This document shows, piece after piece, positions 28,335 to 37,799 of a stretch of DNA of 50,078 nt. The notes below the pieces were generated by a model, which was not told the origin of the DNA, made no database searches, and was given only the letters and a program-made list of their open reading frames with translations. The DNA is from Lentimonas sp. (GTDB lineage Bacteria > Pseudomonadota > Alphaproteobacteria > Rickettsiales > UBA1997), in the NCBI GenBank assembly GCA_047628655.1, contig JBLHVR010000003.1:1-50078 (forward strand), in the 5' to 3' direction. Position 1 is the stretch's first letter. Every line of letters starts with the position of its first letter. A program made the translations under genes and the position numbers.

Positions 28335-29351
28335 TTAAATTGTTAGCCTTCCTAAGGCTTGATAATCAATTTCTATATAGGCACCTTTTTTCAAATCCAT
28401 CAAATAACTTCTGGCTTTTAATTGCAGCTTCTTATTAAAAATAATATTTTCAATTTGACTGCGATCATTGTCGGTTAGAATGCTTTGTGTTTTTTCATCA
28501 GTAACTTTAAAGATATAATACCCACCATTCATAAGCATTGGCCTAGTAACTTGATTTAAACCAGCTCGACCAACTTTTTCATAGATTCTGTCATCTATAT
28601 CACCCCTGCCAACAAATCCAACTTCCCCACCAAATTCTGCTGTCGGGCTTCTAGAAAACTGCTTAGCAATACTAGAGAAGTCCTTTCCTGACCTTATTTC
28701 ATCAAACAATTTGACGGCAAGGTTTTTACCGTCAATTGTATCTTTTTGACTTTCGTAAGACACTGGAATAAAAATCTCTGAAATGAAATATTGATTAATG
28801 CTGTGATTCACTTTTTTAAGCTCCAGAAGCTCTTCCACCTCATTCTGATTCACTTTAATTCTGGGAACAAAAACTTTCTTAACAAGTTGGGACCATAATA
28901 TTTGAGATTTCAATTGCTCCAAGAAGCTATCATGGGAAATGTTTTTGTTTTTAAATAATTTGGATAAATTAGAAGTTTTAACACCGAAACCTTGAGCAAT
29001 ATCTCCTTGTGCTTGATTTAGTTTTTCTGGATTAATGCTGATGTTGAGATTGTCCGCTTCTTGATTTTGCAATTTCTCATCAATCATTTTTTTCAAGACC
29101 TGATTTAAAATGATCCTCTTTTCATTGTCATTATCAATTTTGATTTTGGAGATGTTTAAAATTAATTTATAGCGCGATATTAAATCAATATTAGTGATAA
29201 GTTGATTATCGACTTTCGCTACGACAAAAACTGGTTGATTTGGAGATGCTAAGGCATTTTTAGCAAGAAAAATTGCTAATATTAGAAAAAATGAAGCGAT
29301 AAATATTCTGCGCACAATTTTATTTTTATTTTTTAATTTCTTTATAGACAC
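28335..29351 (-). CDS. surA: SurA-like periplasmic chaperone / parvulin PPIase
   Basis: VVAKVDNQLITNIDL SurA N-domain; rotamase DFSSIAKQFS.SPTA..GGEVG; AYIEI C-terminus. Confidence 0.8.
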   Translation of the reverse strand: MSIKKLKNKNKIVRRIFIASFFLILAIFLAKNALASPNQPVFVVAKVDNQLITNIDLISRYKLILNISKIKIDNDNEKRIILNQVLKKMIDEKLQNQEADNLNISINPEKLNQAQGDIAQGFGVKTSNLSKLFKNKNISHDSFLEQLKSQILWSQLVKKVFVPRIKVNQNEVEELLELKKVNHSINQYFISEIFIPVSYESQKDTIDGKNLAVKLFDEIRSGKDFSSIAKQFSRSPTAEFGGEVGFVGRGDIDDRIYEKVGRAGLNQVTRPMLMNGGYYIFKVTDEKTQSILTDNDRSQIENIIFNKKLQLKARSYLMDLKKGAYIEIDYQALGRLTI

Positions 29352-30696
29352 TTATTCCTCTGAGTAGATCGATTGCTCTGGCGAGACGGTAATCTTCATT
29401 GTAAAGATCAATATTTGTATCATCAATTTGAACCTTTTTGGCTGACTTGATTTCGTTATCAATTTGATTTTTCAGGTGACCATTTAAGCTTGATTCAGAA
29501 CTTTTATTTTCCTTAGTTGATTTCTCAATTTTAGCATCTCCAACCAAAATATCTGGCTCAATTCCATGGGCCTGAATTGATTTTCCTAAAGGAGTATAGT
29601 AAAGAGCAGTTGTCATTTTAACTGCACCACGATTTTTATCTAATGGAACTATAGATTGAACCGATCCTTTACCGAAAGATTTAGCTCCCAAAATAATTGC
29701 TCTTTTATTATCTTGCAACGCACCCGCCACAATTTCTGAAGCCGAAGCTGATCCTTCATCTATTAGGACCACTAAGGCGATATTTTTGGTTAGAGTCTGG
29801 TTTGAATCGTCTTTATAGATTTTTTCATTCGTTTTTCCTCTTCCAGCAATTGAAACGATGGTTTTTCCTTTATCTAAAAATAAGCCACTAACTTTTATCG
29901 ATTCATTTAATAACCCACCTGGGTTTCCCCTTAAATCTAAAACGATGCCTTGTATTTTATCGGCTCCAATTTGCTTAATCATTTTATTGAGCGCAGAAAT
30001 CATTCCACTAGAAGCCTGACCAGAAAAAGTATTGATTTTAACATAGGCAATATTTTTTATAACGTCAGATCTAACGGCCTTAATTTTAATGATTTTTCTA
30101 GTTATAACAATTTCAAGAGGAGATTTTTCACCAGCCCTCAGCACTGTAATTGAAACTTTAGTATTTGGTTTCCCTCGAAGTTTTTTTACTACTTCCCCAA
30201 TTTTTAAACCCACAACCGAATTTCCTTCAATTCGACTAATGTAATCTCCAGACTCAATTCCAGCTTTATCTGCAGGAGTTCCTTCAATTGGAGAGATAAT
30301 TTTAACCAAGGAGTTATGCATGGTAATTTCAATACCAAGACCACCAAATTCACCCTTGGTTTGAACCTTCATTTCCTTTAGATCATCAGCGTTAAGATAT
30401 GAAGAGTGAGGATCTAAGGATGATAGAACTCCTTCAGCCGCAGCCTCAGAAAGCTCTTTATAAGTTTTTTCTTCAACGTAATCTTTCTTAACTCTCTTAA
30501 TTATGTCCCCAAGAAGCTGGTCTCCATCAAACTTATCTGAAGTAAGATTTGAGCTTCTAGACTTGCTTTGAGAATATGAAATACTTGAATAAGAAGCGGC
30601 AACAACAAAAACAAGGATCAGAAGTGACTTTATTGGATGTTGCATTGTGAATTTATGAATTATTTTGAACGGATTCGTTGTTTTTTGAGGTGTCAC
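29326..30696 (-). CDS. ctpA: S41 family C-terminal processing protease (start may be 30645)
   Basis: LDPHSSY, PDZ GEFGGLGIEI, LDLRGNPGGLL, SASASEIVAGALQD, FGKGSVQ, TTALYYTP. Confidence 0.93.
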   Translation of the reverse strand: MTPQKTTNPFKIIHKFTMQHPIKSLLILVFVVAASYSSISYSQSKSRSSNLTSDKFDGDQLLGDIIKRVKKDYVEEKTYKELSEAAAEGVLSSLDPHSSYLNADDLKEMKVQTKGEFGGLGIEITMHNSLVKIISPIEGTPADKAGIESGDYISRIEGNSVVGLKIGEVVKKLRGKPNTKVSITVLRAGEKSPLEIVITRKIIKIKAVRSDVIKNIAYVKINTFSGQASSGMISALNKMIKQIGADKIQGIVLDLRGNPGGLLNESIKVSGLFLDKGKTIVSIAGRGKTNEKIYKDDSNQTLTKNIALVVLIDEGSASASEIVAGALQDNKRAIILGAKSFGKGSVQSIVPLDKNRGAVKMTTALYYTPLGKSIQAHGIEPDILVGDAKIEKSTKENKSSESSLNGHLKNQIDNEIKSAKKVQIDDTNIDLYNEDYRLARAIDLLRGISVYKEIKK

Positions 30697-30703
30697 GGAG
30701 ATA

Positions 30704-31090
30704 TTATTTTATACCATATTCTGCCTTAAGCTTGTTAGTAACTGACTCAGGAGGCTCATCACCATAGGCTGAAAATAGAATTTCACCGTAATTTTCAAGA
30801 TGAATAATGTCATCATTTAAAGCTTTTAAAAACATAGAAAGTTTTAGCCTTTGAACTAAAACATAATACCAAGCGTTACGCTCGTCATCAACACCTTTAA
30901 CTAGGTAGATTAAGTCGGCTTTACTGTGTTTCGTACCTTCCATTGCGCTATTACTTCCAGATGAATCTAGTGCTTGAGTAGTCATTTTTTTCTCCTGTTT
31001 TTCTTTTAATATTTTGTCTAATGTGCTTTCGCGTTTTTCGATCTGTCTTGGCTCTTCCGTTTTTTTAGAAAATTTATCTGCAAATGACAT
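30704..31090 (-). CDS. Conserved hypothetical protein
   Basis: 128 aa; C-terminal domain LIYLVKG.D..R.AWYYVLV...F...L....I.LENYG.IL.SAYG.EPP, which I recall from Rickettsiales hypotheticals; tightly linked to both neighbours. Confidence 0.75.
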   Translation of the reverse strand: MSFADKFSKKTEEPRQIEKRESTLDKILKEKQEKKMTTQALDSSGSNSAMEGTKHSKADLIYLVKGVDDERNAWYYVLVQRLKLSMFLKALNDDIIHLENYGEILFSAYGDEPPESVTNKLKAEYGIK

Positions 31091-31095
31091 AATGA

Positions 31096-31260
31096 CTATG
31101 AATTAATATTATTATTTAACCACCAATCATTAACCGAATTTCTGGGGCCACAAGGGCCATTATCATTGGAAACGCAGGGACTTTTAATGTCCATAACCTT
31201 ACTAACGGCACAAGACGACATAAATAAACTAAGTAAAACTAGAATAAAAAGCTTCTTCAT
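31096..31260 (-). CDS. Small lipoprotein, VirB7/RvhB7-like (DUF2706-like)
   Basis: Missed by the ORF track. MKKLFILVLLSLFMSSCAVSKVMDIKSPCVSNDNGPCGPRNSVNDWWLNNNINS (54 aa): signal peptide with lipobox Cys17 and the IKSPCVS...PC..R..VN pattern of Rickettsia RvhB7. Confidence 0.75.
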   Translation of the reverse strand: MKKLFILVLLSLFMSSCAVSKVMDIKSPCVSNDNGPCGPRNSVNDWWLNNNINS

Positions 31261-31408
31261 AATTATTAAATTTAATTCCTGCTAAAATTGATGAATAAAA
31301 CATCAAAAACAAAAATTACCGAAACAAAATTGATTATTGATTTAAATAGCAATTAAATTATAAAGACCGCCACTAAAAGTAAATAGTTTAATTTTAAATA
31401 TCAGAATT

Positions 31409-32383
31409 TTGTTCAGAAAGATAAATATAATCGGCCTTGGCCTTATTGGTGGCAGCCTGGCTAGATGTTGTAAAAAATACCATCTTGGTGATAAGATTTT
31501 CGGTTATGACCAAGACGACAGCCAGAACAAATTTGCATTTAATAATCAAATTATTGATCAAGTTTTTAACTTTAAAAACATTGAGGAAAATGAACTAATA
31601 ATAATCTGCTCACCACTATTTTCTTACGATGAAATTTTTAGGAAAATTCAACCCCTAATCAGTCAAAAAACTCTAATAATTGATATTGGATCTTTGAAAG
31701 AATTCACCTTCCCACTCGCAAAAGAAATTTTACAAGAGAAAGCTAAAAATTTTATTGCCTGCCATCCAATTGCCGGATCTGAAAAATCTGGAATTTTAAA
31801 TTCGAAAGAAGATTTATTTTTTAATAAAAAAGTTTTAATCTCCAAAAGCTTAATTAATGAAGAAAGAGACATTAACAAAATTGAACAATTTTGGCAAAAA
31901 ATTGGCTCGAAACCAGAATTTATTGATGCAAAAAAACACGATGAAATTTTTGCCTTAGTTTCGCATTTTCCTCAGTTTCTAGCTTTTGCAGCACAGGAAG
32001 ATTTTCAAGATAGTGATGATAAAATTTTAAATCACCATTTTCGCTTACAAAACTCTAACTTAAAAATGTGGCGAGAGATTTTTGATTTAAACCGCGTTAA
32101 CATTGAGTATTATTTACAGTTTTATTTGAAGAATATTGATAACATGATTGCCTTGTTAAATGAAGAAAAATATGAGAATACAAAAACCAAAAGAGAAGCT
32201 TTAGTTTATTGCTTCTTAAATCTACCCAATATTGAAAAATTTAAAAAATATGCCGGCTCTGGATTCAAAGATTTTACCGCTATTAACCACAATTTAAAAA
32301 AGCCGAAAATTTTAGCCGAAAATAAAGATTCATTAATTAAGTTTTTAAACAACATTAAATCAAAAATTCATGAGCTTAAGTGA
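31409..32383 (+). CDS. tyrA: Prephenate/arogenate (cyclohexadienyl) dehydrogenase
   Basis: [10 protein letters not shown] Rossmann motif, [31 protein letters not shown]; TTG start. Confidence 0.85.
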   Translation: MFRKINIIGLGLIGGSLARCCKKYHLGDKIFGYDQDDSQNKFAFNNQIIDQVFNFKNIEENELIIICSPLFSYDEIFRKIQPLISQKTLIIDIGSLKEFTFPLAKEILQEKAKNFIACHPIAGSEKSGILNSKEDLFFNKKVLISKSLINEERDINKIEQFWQKIGSKPEFIDAKKHDEIFALVSHFPQFLAFAAQEDFQDSDDKILNHHFRLQNSNLKMWREIFDLNRVNIEYYLQFYLKNIDNMIALLNEEKYENTKTKREALVYCFLNLPNIEKFKKYAGSGFKDFTAINHNLKKPKILAENKDSLIKFLNNIKSKIHELK

Positions 32384-33494
32384 AACAATAGCCGACATTA
32401 GACCTTACCGCTTTATTAAACGCAGAAAGTCTAAACAAATTTCAGTTGGAAATGTAAAAATTGGTGGAGATGCGCCAATTTCGGTTCAATCAATGACCAA
32501 CACCTTAACAACCGACATTCAAGGAACAATCAAGCAAGTTGCAAAATGCGTGGAGATGGGCGCCGATTTAATGAGAATTTCTATTCCAGATGAAGAATCT
32601 TCCTCAGCTTTGAGGGAAATCGTGAAGTATTCAGATGTGCCAATAATTGCCGATATTCACTTTCATTACCGAAGAGGAATTGAGGCTGCAAAAGCAGGTG
32701 CGCAATGTTTAAGAATAAATCCTGGCAATATTGGTAGCGATGCCAAAGTTAAAGAAGTAATTAAGGCTGCCAAAGATTATGGCTGCGCCATTAGAATTGG
32801 CGTTAATGCCGGCTCTTTAGAGCAAGATTTACTTAATAAATACAAAACTCCAACACCAGAAGCTTTAGTGGAATCGGCCCAGCGCCATATTGCAATTTTA
32901 GAGGATAACGACTTTTTTGAAACCAAAATTAGTGTAAAAGCTTCCGACGCACTTCTAGCAATTGCAGCTTACAAACAGCTGGCAGAAGTTTGTGACTATC
33001 CCTTACATATTGGAATTACCGAAGCTGGTGGCTTAATGGCGGGAACCATAAAATCTTCAGTTGGCCTAGGTAATTTATTATTTAACGGAATTGGTGACAC
33101 CATGCGCGTTTCACTTTCCGCCGAACCTTTTGAAGAAGTTAAGGTTGGTTACCAAATTTTAAAATCTTTGGGTTTACGCAGTCGCGGCGTGAACATTATT
33201 TCTTGCCCATCTTGTGCTCGTCAAGGTTTTGATGTGGTTTCAACAGTTGCTGAAGTTGAAAAAAGAATCGAGCACATTAAAACCTCATTCGATGTTTCAA
33301 TTTTAGGTTGCGTAGTTAATGGCCTTGGTGAAGCGGCTCACACAGAAATTGGAATTACCGGCGGCGGAAATAATCGCCATAATGTTTACATTCAAGGAAA
33401 ACCTAATCACAAAATTACTTCCGATGAATTGGTTGATCACATTGTTAAATTAGTGGAAGCGGAAGCGGTTAGAATTGAAAGCCTGAAGAAATGA
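32370..33494 (+). CDS. ispG: (E)-4-hydroxy-3-methylbut-2-enyl-diphosphate synthase
   Basis: [61 protein letters not shown]. Confidence 0.97.
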   Translation: MSLSETIADIRPYRFIKRRKSKQISVGNVKIGGDAPISVQSMTNTLTTDIQGTIKQVAKCVEMGADLMRISIPDEESSSALREIVKYSDVPIIADIHFHYRRGIEAAKAGAQCLRINPGNIGSDAKVKEVIKAAKDYGCAIRIGVNAGSLEQDLLNKYKTPTPEALVESAQRHIAILEDNDFFETKISVKASDALLAIAAYKQLAEVCDYPLHIGITEAGGLMAGTIKSSVGLGNLLFNGIGDTMRVSLSAEPFEEVKVGYQILKSLGLRSRGVNIISCPSCARQGFDVVSTVAEVEKRIEHIKTSFDVSILGCVVNGLGEAAHTEIGITGGGNNRHNVYIQGKPNHKITSDELVDHIVKLVEAEAVRIESLKK

Positions 33495-34258
33495 TTTTTG
33501 ATAAATTACAAATAAAAAATAATTTTAGTCGCGCAAGTGGAGGTTACGACCAAAATGCTATTTTGCAAAAAATGGTTGCTGAAAAGTTGGTAAAAATTGC
33601 CAAAAATGATATTTCAAAAGAGATAAAAATTCTTGATTTAGGCTCTGGAACTGGATTTGTTACAGGTGAAATTTTCAAAGAATTCCCTAAAAAAGAAATC
33701 TTTCAAGTGGATATTTCTGAAGAAATGCTAGCAAAAAACCCTTTTAAAACTGCCAAAATCGTAGCCGATATTGAGAATTTACCTTTTGAGGAAAATAGCT
33801 TCGATTTAGCTCTTTCATCGCTTAGTTTTCAATGGTTGAGTGATTTAGAAAAAGCGATTCCAAACATTTTAAAAACTCTAAAGAATGGAAAAAATCTACA
33901 TTTTTCTATTCTGGGAAATGAAAGCTTAAAAGAATTAAAAGAAGTGCAAGAAGCCTGCAAAATTAAGCTTTCAATTAACGATTTTATTGGTGAAAAAAAC
34001 TTAAGAAAAATTTTAAAGAAATTTAATTTTACCCTTCAAAAAGAAGAGATTGTCTTGGAATATTCCAACTGCTCGGATCTTTTAAGATCGATGAAAAAAA
34101 TTGGGGCAAACTACTCTTCCATTAATAATTCAGGAAAAAATAATTTGAATAAAAGCAAATTAGAACTTCTTAATAATTTTTATTTGAAAAAATTTAAGAC
34201 AAACACTAAGGTAATAGCTAGTTGGCAAGTTTTTTATGCTTCAATCAATTCCAAATAA
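33491..34258 (+). CDS. bioC: Malonyl-ACP O-methyltransferase (BioC-like)
   Basis: IKNNFSRA...[38 protein letters not shown]; bioF is in the same window. Confidence 0.8.
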   Translation: MIFDKLQIKNNFSRASGGYDQNAILQKMVAEKLVKIAKNDISKEIKILDLGSGTGFVTGEIFKEFPKKEIFQVDISEEMLAKNPFKTAKIVADIENLPFEENSFDLALSSLSFQWLSDLEKAIPNILKTLKNGKNLHFSILGNESLKELKEVQEACKIKLSINDFIGEKNLRKILKKFNFTLQKEEIVLEYSNCSDLLRSMKKIGANYSSINNSGKNNLNKSKLELLNNFYLKKFKTNTKVIASWQVFYASINSK

Positions 34259-34259
34259 A

Positions 34260-34706
34260 ATGTTTGATATTCTTAGATCGGTAAAACGAATTACCGGATT
34301 AGACAAAAAGAAAACCTCGGAAGAGCAGCCTGTAAAAGAATCTGCACAAAAAAAGATTGATAAATTATCAAGTTTTTTTAGTGGTTTATTTGAAAATGCC
34401 GTTAATGAATTTGGCAGAATTCATGAAAAAACCAAAAACCTCAAAGAAGCTAATTTTAACTTGGGAATGAAATATCTTGAAGAGGGCAATATTAAAGAAG
34501 CTGCTTTTAGATTCAAATTTACCAAAAAATTCTGGCCGGAATATTACGAGGCATATTACCAATTAATTGTTTGCTTAACTTTGTTAAAAAAGTTTCAAGA
34601 TGTTGAAAAAATAAAACAAGAACTTCTGGACAAGGCCCCAAATTACAAGGAAAAAATTGACTACATCACTCAAAACGAGCAACCAATATCTAATCCCAAT
34701 GCTTAA
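34260..34706 (+). CDS. TPR-repeat protein
   Basis: NFNLGMKYLEEGNIKEAAFRF...WPEYYEAYYQL TPR helices; ATG 1 nt after the bioC stop. Confidence 0.7.
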   Translation: MFDILRSVKRITGLDKKKTSEEQPVKESAQKKIDKLSSFFSGLFENAVNEFGRIHEKTKNLKEANFNLGMKYLEEGNIKEAAFRFKFTKKFWPEYYEAYYQLIVCLTLLKKFQDVEKIKQELLDKAPNYKEKIDYITQNEQPISNPNA

Positions 34707-35481
34707 AAATCACACTAAACCTTCTTTGCAACCATTTTTATGGCTGTTTCTGACAATATTTGTATCCTTTTCCAACCCTTCTTTGGCGCAAGAATTTAAT
34801 TTTGATGACGATTACCAAGGAGAAGAATCTTCAGCCCAAGCAGAAAATTTAATTTATGACCCTTTTGAAAAAGTTAATCGTAAAATATTTGCCTTCAATG
34901 AGGTTCTGGACCAAAAAGTTGTAGTTCCTGTTGTTAAGCAATATCGAATATTAATTCCAAAATTAATTCGTAATTCAGTTGGTAATTTTGTTAGTAACAT
35001 TGCTGCTCCTTTTTCAATTGCAAATTCTGCCCTTCAAGGCGATAGTAAAAATGCAATGGCAAGCTTTTCTTCATTTTTAATTAACACAACTGTGGGAGTT
35101 GTTGGATTATTTGATGTTGCTGGGACAAAAAAAATTACATATGCCAAGAAAGATTTCGGTCAAACACTTGGCAAATATGGAGTTGGATCTGGGCCATTTT
35201 TAATAATTCCAGTTTTAGGTCCTAATAACCTAAGAGATTTTTCAGGGTTCGTGGTTGAGAGAGCTGTTAGCCCACTAGCAATTGATTTTTTTCAAATTAA
35301 TGGAAAAAAAGAACTCATAAGCGACTACTCCTTATACTCCTTGACCACCCTTAGCTTACTTGACACTAGAGAAGGTTTGATTGAAATTGTTGAAGATGTT
35401 CGAGTCAATTCTTTCGATGTTTATGCAACAATGCGCAGTGCCTACATGCAAAGACGTCACTCATTAATTTTAAATAAATAA
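34699..35481 (+). CDS. mlaA: MlaA/VacJ family protein
   Basis: DPFEKVNRKIFAFN, FLINTTVG..GLFDVA, DFGQTLG.YGVG.GPF..IPVLGP...RD, D.Y...RSAY.QRR. Confidence 0.9.
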   Translation: MLKNHTKPSLQPFLWLFLTIFVSFSNPSLAQEFNFDDDYQGEESSAQAENLIYDPFEKVNRKIFAFNEVLDQKVVVPVVKQYRILIPKLIRNSVGNFVSNIAAPFSIANSALQGDSKNAMASFSSFLINTTVGVVGLFDVAGTKKITYAKKDFGQTLGKYGVGSGPFLIIPVLGPNNLRDFSGFVVERAVSPLAIDFFQINGKKELISDYSLYSLTTLSLLDTREGLIEIVEDVRVNSFDVYATMRSAYMQRRHSLILNK

Positions 35482-35489
35482 AAAAACCA

Positions 35490-36113
35490 ATGTTTAAAAA
35501 ATTCTCCTTAGTAGCTTTATTTTTCTGCTTTTCAGTAAATTTAGCCATTGCCAGTGAGCTGGAAGTTAAAAATTTTATTAACGATTTAGGTAACAACATT
35601 ATTGATGTGGCAAATGATGAAAAATTAACCTTAGATAATAAGAGAGATCAACTCACTGAAATTATTGATGGGGTTATTGATGCAGATTGGATCTCAAAAT
35701 TTGTTCTAGGAAAGAACTTCAGAAGAGCGACTACTGAACAAAAAGAAGAATTCCGAGTTCTTTACCGCGAGTTTATGATCAACAATTATAGCCCAAAATT
35801 CACTGGCTACAACGGTGAAAAATTCACTATTGATGCAATTATTAGCAACGGCAACTATTTTACAGTGAAATGTTTGTTTATTTTAAAAGACGACGCCCCA
35901 AGTATTAGTCTTGATTTTAGAGTTAGGGAAAATACAAAAAACACTAACTCTAACAAATTTCTGGTGTTTGACATCATCGCCGAAGGAATTAGTTTAATTG
36001 AAACGCAAAGATCTGAATTTGGATCAGTAATTTCTAGAGATGGGATGGAGAAATTTTTGAAAGATTTGAGGATTAAAAATCAAAACCTTAAAAATAAAAA
36101 GAATAATGGATAG
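35490..36113 (+). CDS. mlaC: MlaC/Ttg2D phospholipid-binding periplasmic protein
   Basis: Signal peptide, ISKFVLG...R.AT.EQ, DIIAEGISLIETQRSEF; follows mlaA. Confidence 0.88.
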   Translation: MFKKFSLVALFFCFSVNLAIASELEVKNFINDLGNNIIDVANDEKLTLDNKRDQLTEIIDGVIDADWISKFVLGKNFRRATTEQKEEFRVLYREFMINNYSPKFTGYNGEKFTIDAIISNGNYFTVKCLFILKDDAPSISLDFRVRENTKNTNSNKFLVFDIIAEGISLIETQRSEFGSVISRDGMEKFLKDLRIKNQNLKNKKNNG

Positions 36114-36303
36114 CTTCACTTGGGCTGTAATATTTGGCGTATTTGGAATGACTTTTTTTGTGTACGGTAAAAAACAAAAAAAAAGCCTTCCTTTCTGGGC
36201 TGGAATTTCCCTAATGGTGTTTCCACCTTTTATTAGCAATCTTTACTTAATGATTGCCTGTGGAATTATTGTCACTATTTTGCCTTTTATTATTCGAGAA
36301 TAA
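36106..36303 (+). CDS. Small hypothetical membrane protein
   Basis: 65 aa; FG..GM.FFVYGKKQ.....G..LM.FP.F pattern with three hydrophobic segments; overlaps the mlaC stop. Confidence 0.7.
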   Translation: MDSFTWAVIFGVFGMTFFVYGKKQKKSLPFWAGISLMVFPPFISNLYLMIACGIIVTILPFIIRE

Positions 36304-36319
36304 ATTCAAAAAGAATCTA

Positions 36320-37609
36320 ATGAAAAAACTAATAATTACCGGTGGTAATAAATTAACCGGTGAAATTAAAATTGCTGGAGCAAAAAATGCCGCACTTCCA
36401 ATTCTAGTCTCCTCAATATTAACCGAAGGAAAACTTACCTTAACTAACGTTCCTCATGTTTCAGATATTGCCACAATGTCAAACTTGCTTTGCAATTTGG
36501 GAATTACTTTAAATTTTGATGGCAGTGATGAAGAAAATGATGGCCACATTGGCAAAGTTTTAACTTTTGATGGCGCAAAAATTGACAATTTAGAAGCTCC
36601 TTACGATTTAGTAAGTAAAATGCGCGCCTCAATTCTGGTTCTAGGACCACTACTGGCAAGGTTTGGAAAAGCAAGAATTTCCCTTCCTGGTGGTTGTGCT
36701 ATTGGAACTCGCCCAGTTGACTTGCACTTAAAAGCAATGGAGCAACTTGGAGCCAAAATTGAAGTGAAGCAAGGATATGTTGAAGCTTCTGTAAAAGGAA
36801 AATTAAAAGGTACAAAAATTCATTTTGAGAAAGTTTCGGTTGGGGCAACTGAAAATATTTTAATGGCAGCAACTTTGGCACAAGGAATTACTGAAATTCA
36901 CAACGCAGCTTATGAGCCTGAAGTTACTGATTTAGCCAAATGCTTAAGCGCAATGGGAGCTAAAATTTCTGGTGCCGGAACTTCAGTAATTACAGTTGAA
37001 GGTGTTGAAAAATTGCACAGCGCAAAACATAGAATTATTGCCGACCGAATTGAAGCTGGAACATACATCATTGCTGCAGCAATTACAGGTGGAAAATTAA
37101 TTCTTTCAGGACTAGACATCGCTTTACTAACCGGATTTAAGGAAAAATTAGAAAATTCTGGAATTAATATTAAAGATCTTGGTGGAGAAAGAGTAGAAAT
37201 TAGTCGCAAGGATGAATTTCTAAATCCAGTAGATATTTCAACCCACCCTTACCCAGAATTTCCAACCGATATGCAGGCACAATTTATGGCGTTGATGTGT
37301 GTTGCTGAAGGAACTTCTACCGTTTCTGAGAATATTTTCGAAAATAGATTCATGCATGTGATGGAGCTCGTAAGAATGGGAGCCGATATTGCCATTCACG
37401 GTAATGTTGCAGTAGTCACTGGTGTTAAAAAATTAACTGGCGCGGAAGTAATGGCCACTGATTTGCGCGCTTCTGTAGCAATGGTTTTAGCTGCTCTTAT
37501 AGCCAAAGGAGAAACAACAATTAACCGACTTTACCATCTAGAGCGTGGATATGAAAGGTTGGCAGAAAAGCTAATTTCGTGCGGAGCCAACATAAAAGTA
37601 CTCTATTAA
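36320..37609 (+). CDS. murA: UDP-N-acetylglucosamine 1-carboxyvinyltransferase
   Basis: GAKNAALP, MRASILVLGPLLAR, LPGGCAIGTRPVDLH, SVGATEN, FPTDMQAQ, ATDLRAS, RGYE. True start taken as MKKLIITGG. Confidence 0.97.
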   Translation: MKKLIITGGNKLTGEIKIAGAKNAALPILVSSILTEGKLTLTNVPHVSDIATMSNLLCNLGITLNFDGSDEENDGHIGKVLTFDGAKIDNLEAPYDLVSKMRASILVLGPLLARFGKARISLPGGCAIGTRPVDLHLKAMEQLGAKIEVKQGYVEASVKGKLKGTKIHFEKVSVGATENILMAATLAQGITEIHNAAYEPEVTDLAKCLSAMGAKISGAGTSVITVEGVEKLHSAKHRIIADRIEAGTYIIAAAITGGKLILSGLDIALLTGFKEKLENSGINIKDLGGERVEISRKDEFLNPVDISTHPYPEFPTDMQAQFMALMCVAEGTSTVSENIFENRFMHVMELVRMGADIAIHGNVAVVTGVKKLTGAEVMATDLRASVAMVLAALIAKGETTINRLYHLERGYERLAEKLISCGANIKVLY

Positions 37610-37666
37610 ACTACATTTCCACTCTATTAAAAAAATCTCCACTGAAAAAGTAGTGAATATTATTAA

Positions 37667-37700
37667 TTTACATTTGAGATTTAATACCTAGAATGCCCGC
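37667..37700 (+). promoter_or_regulatory. Putative sigma-70 promoter of deaD
   Basis: TTTACA (37667-37672), 16-nt spacer, TAGAAT (37689-37694), then GC-rich GCCCGC; implies a ~100-nt 5' UTR. Confidence 0.45.
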
Positions 37701-37799
37701 TCTTTTGGAAGATCGCCACATTTGAGGCGTCATATTCATAAACAACTTCTCTGAAATTAACTCCTCAAAGATCCTTACTTAATCTACTAAATAATAAAC

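Noticed and set aside
36254-36319. 22-aa N-terminal extension of MurA in the ORF track
   Set aside because: It overlaps the upstream gene, and family homology starts at the ATG at 36320.
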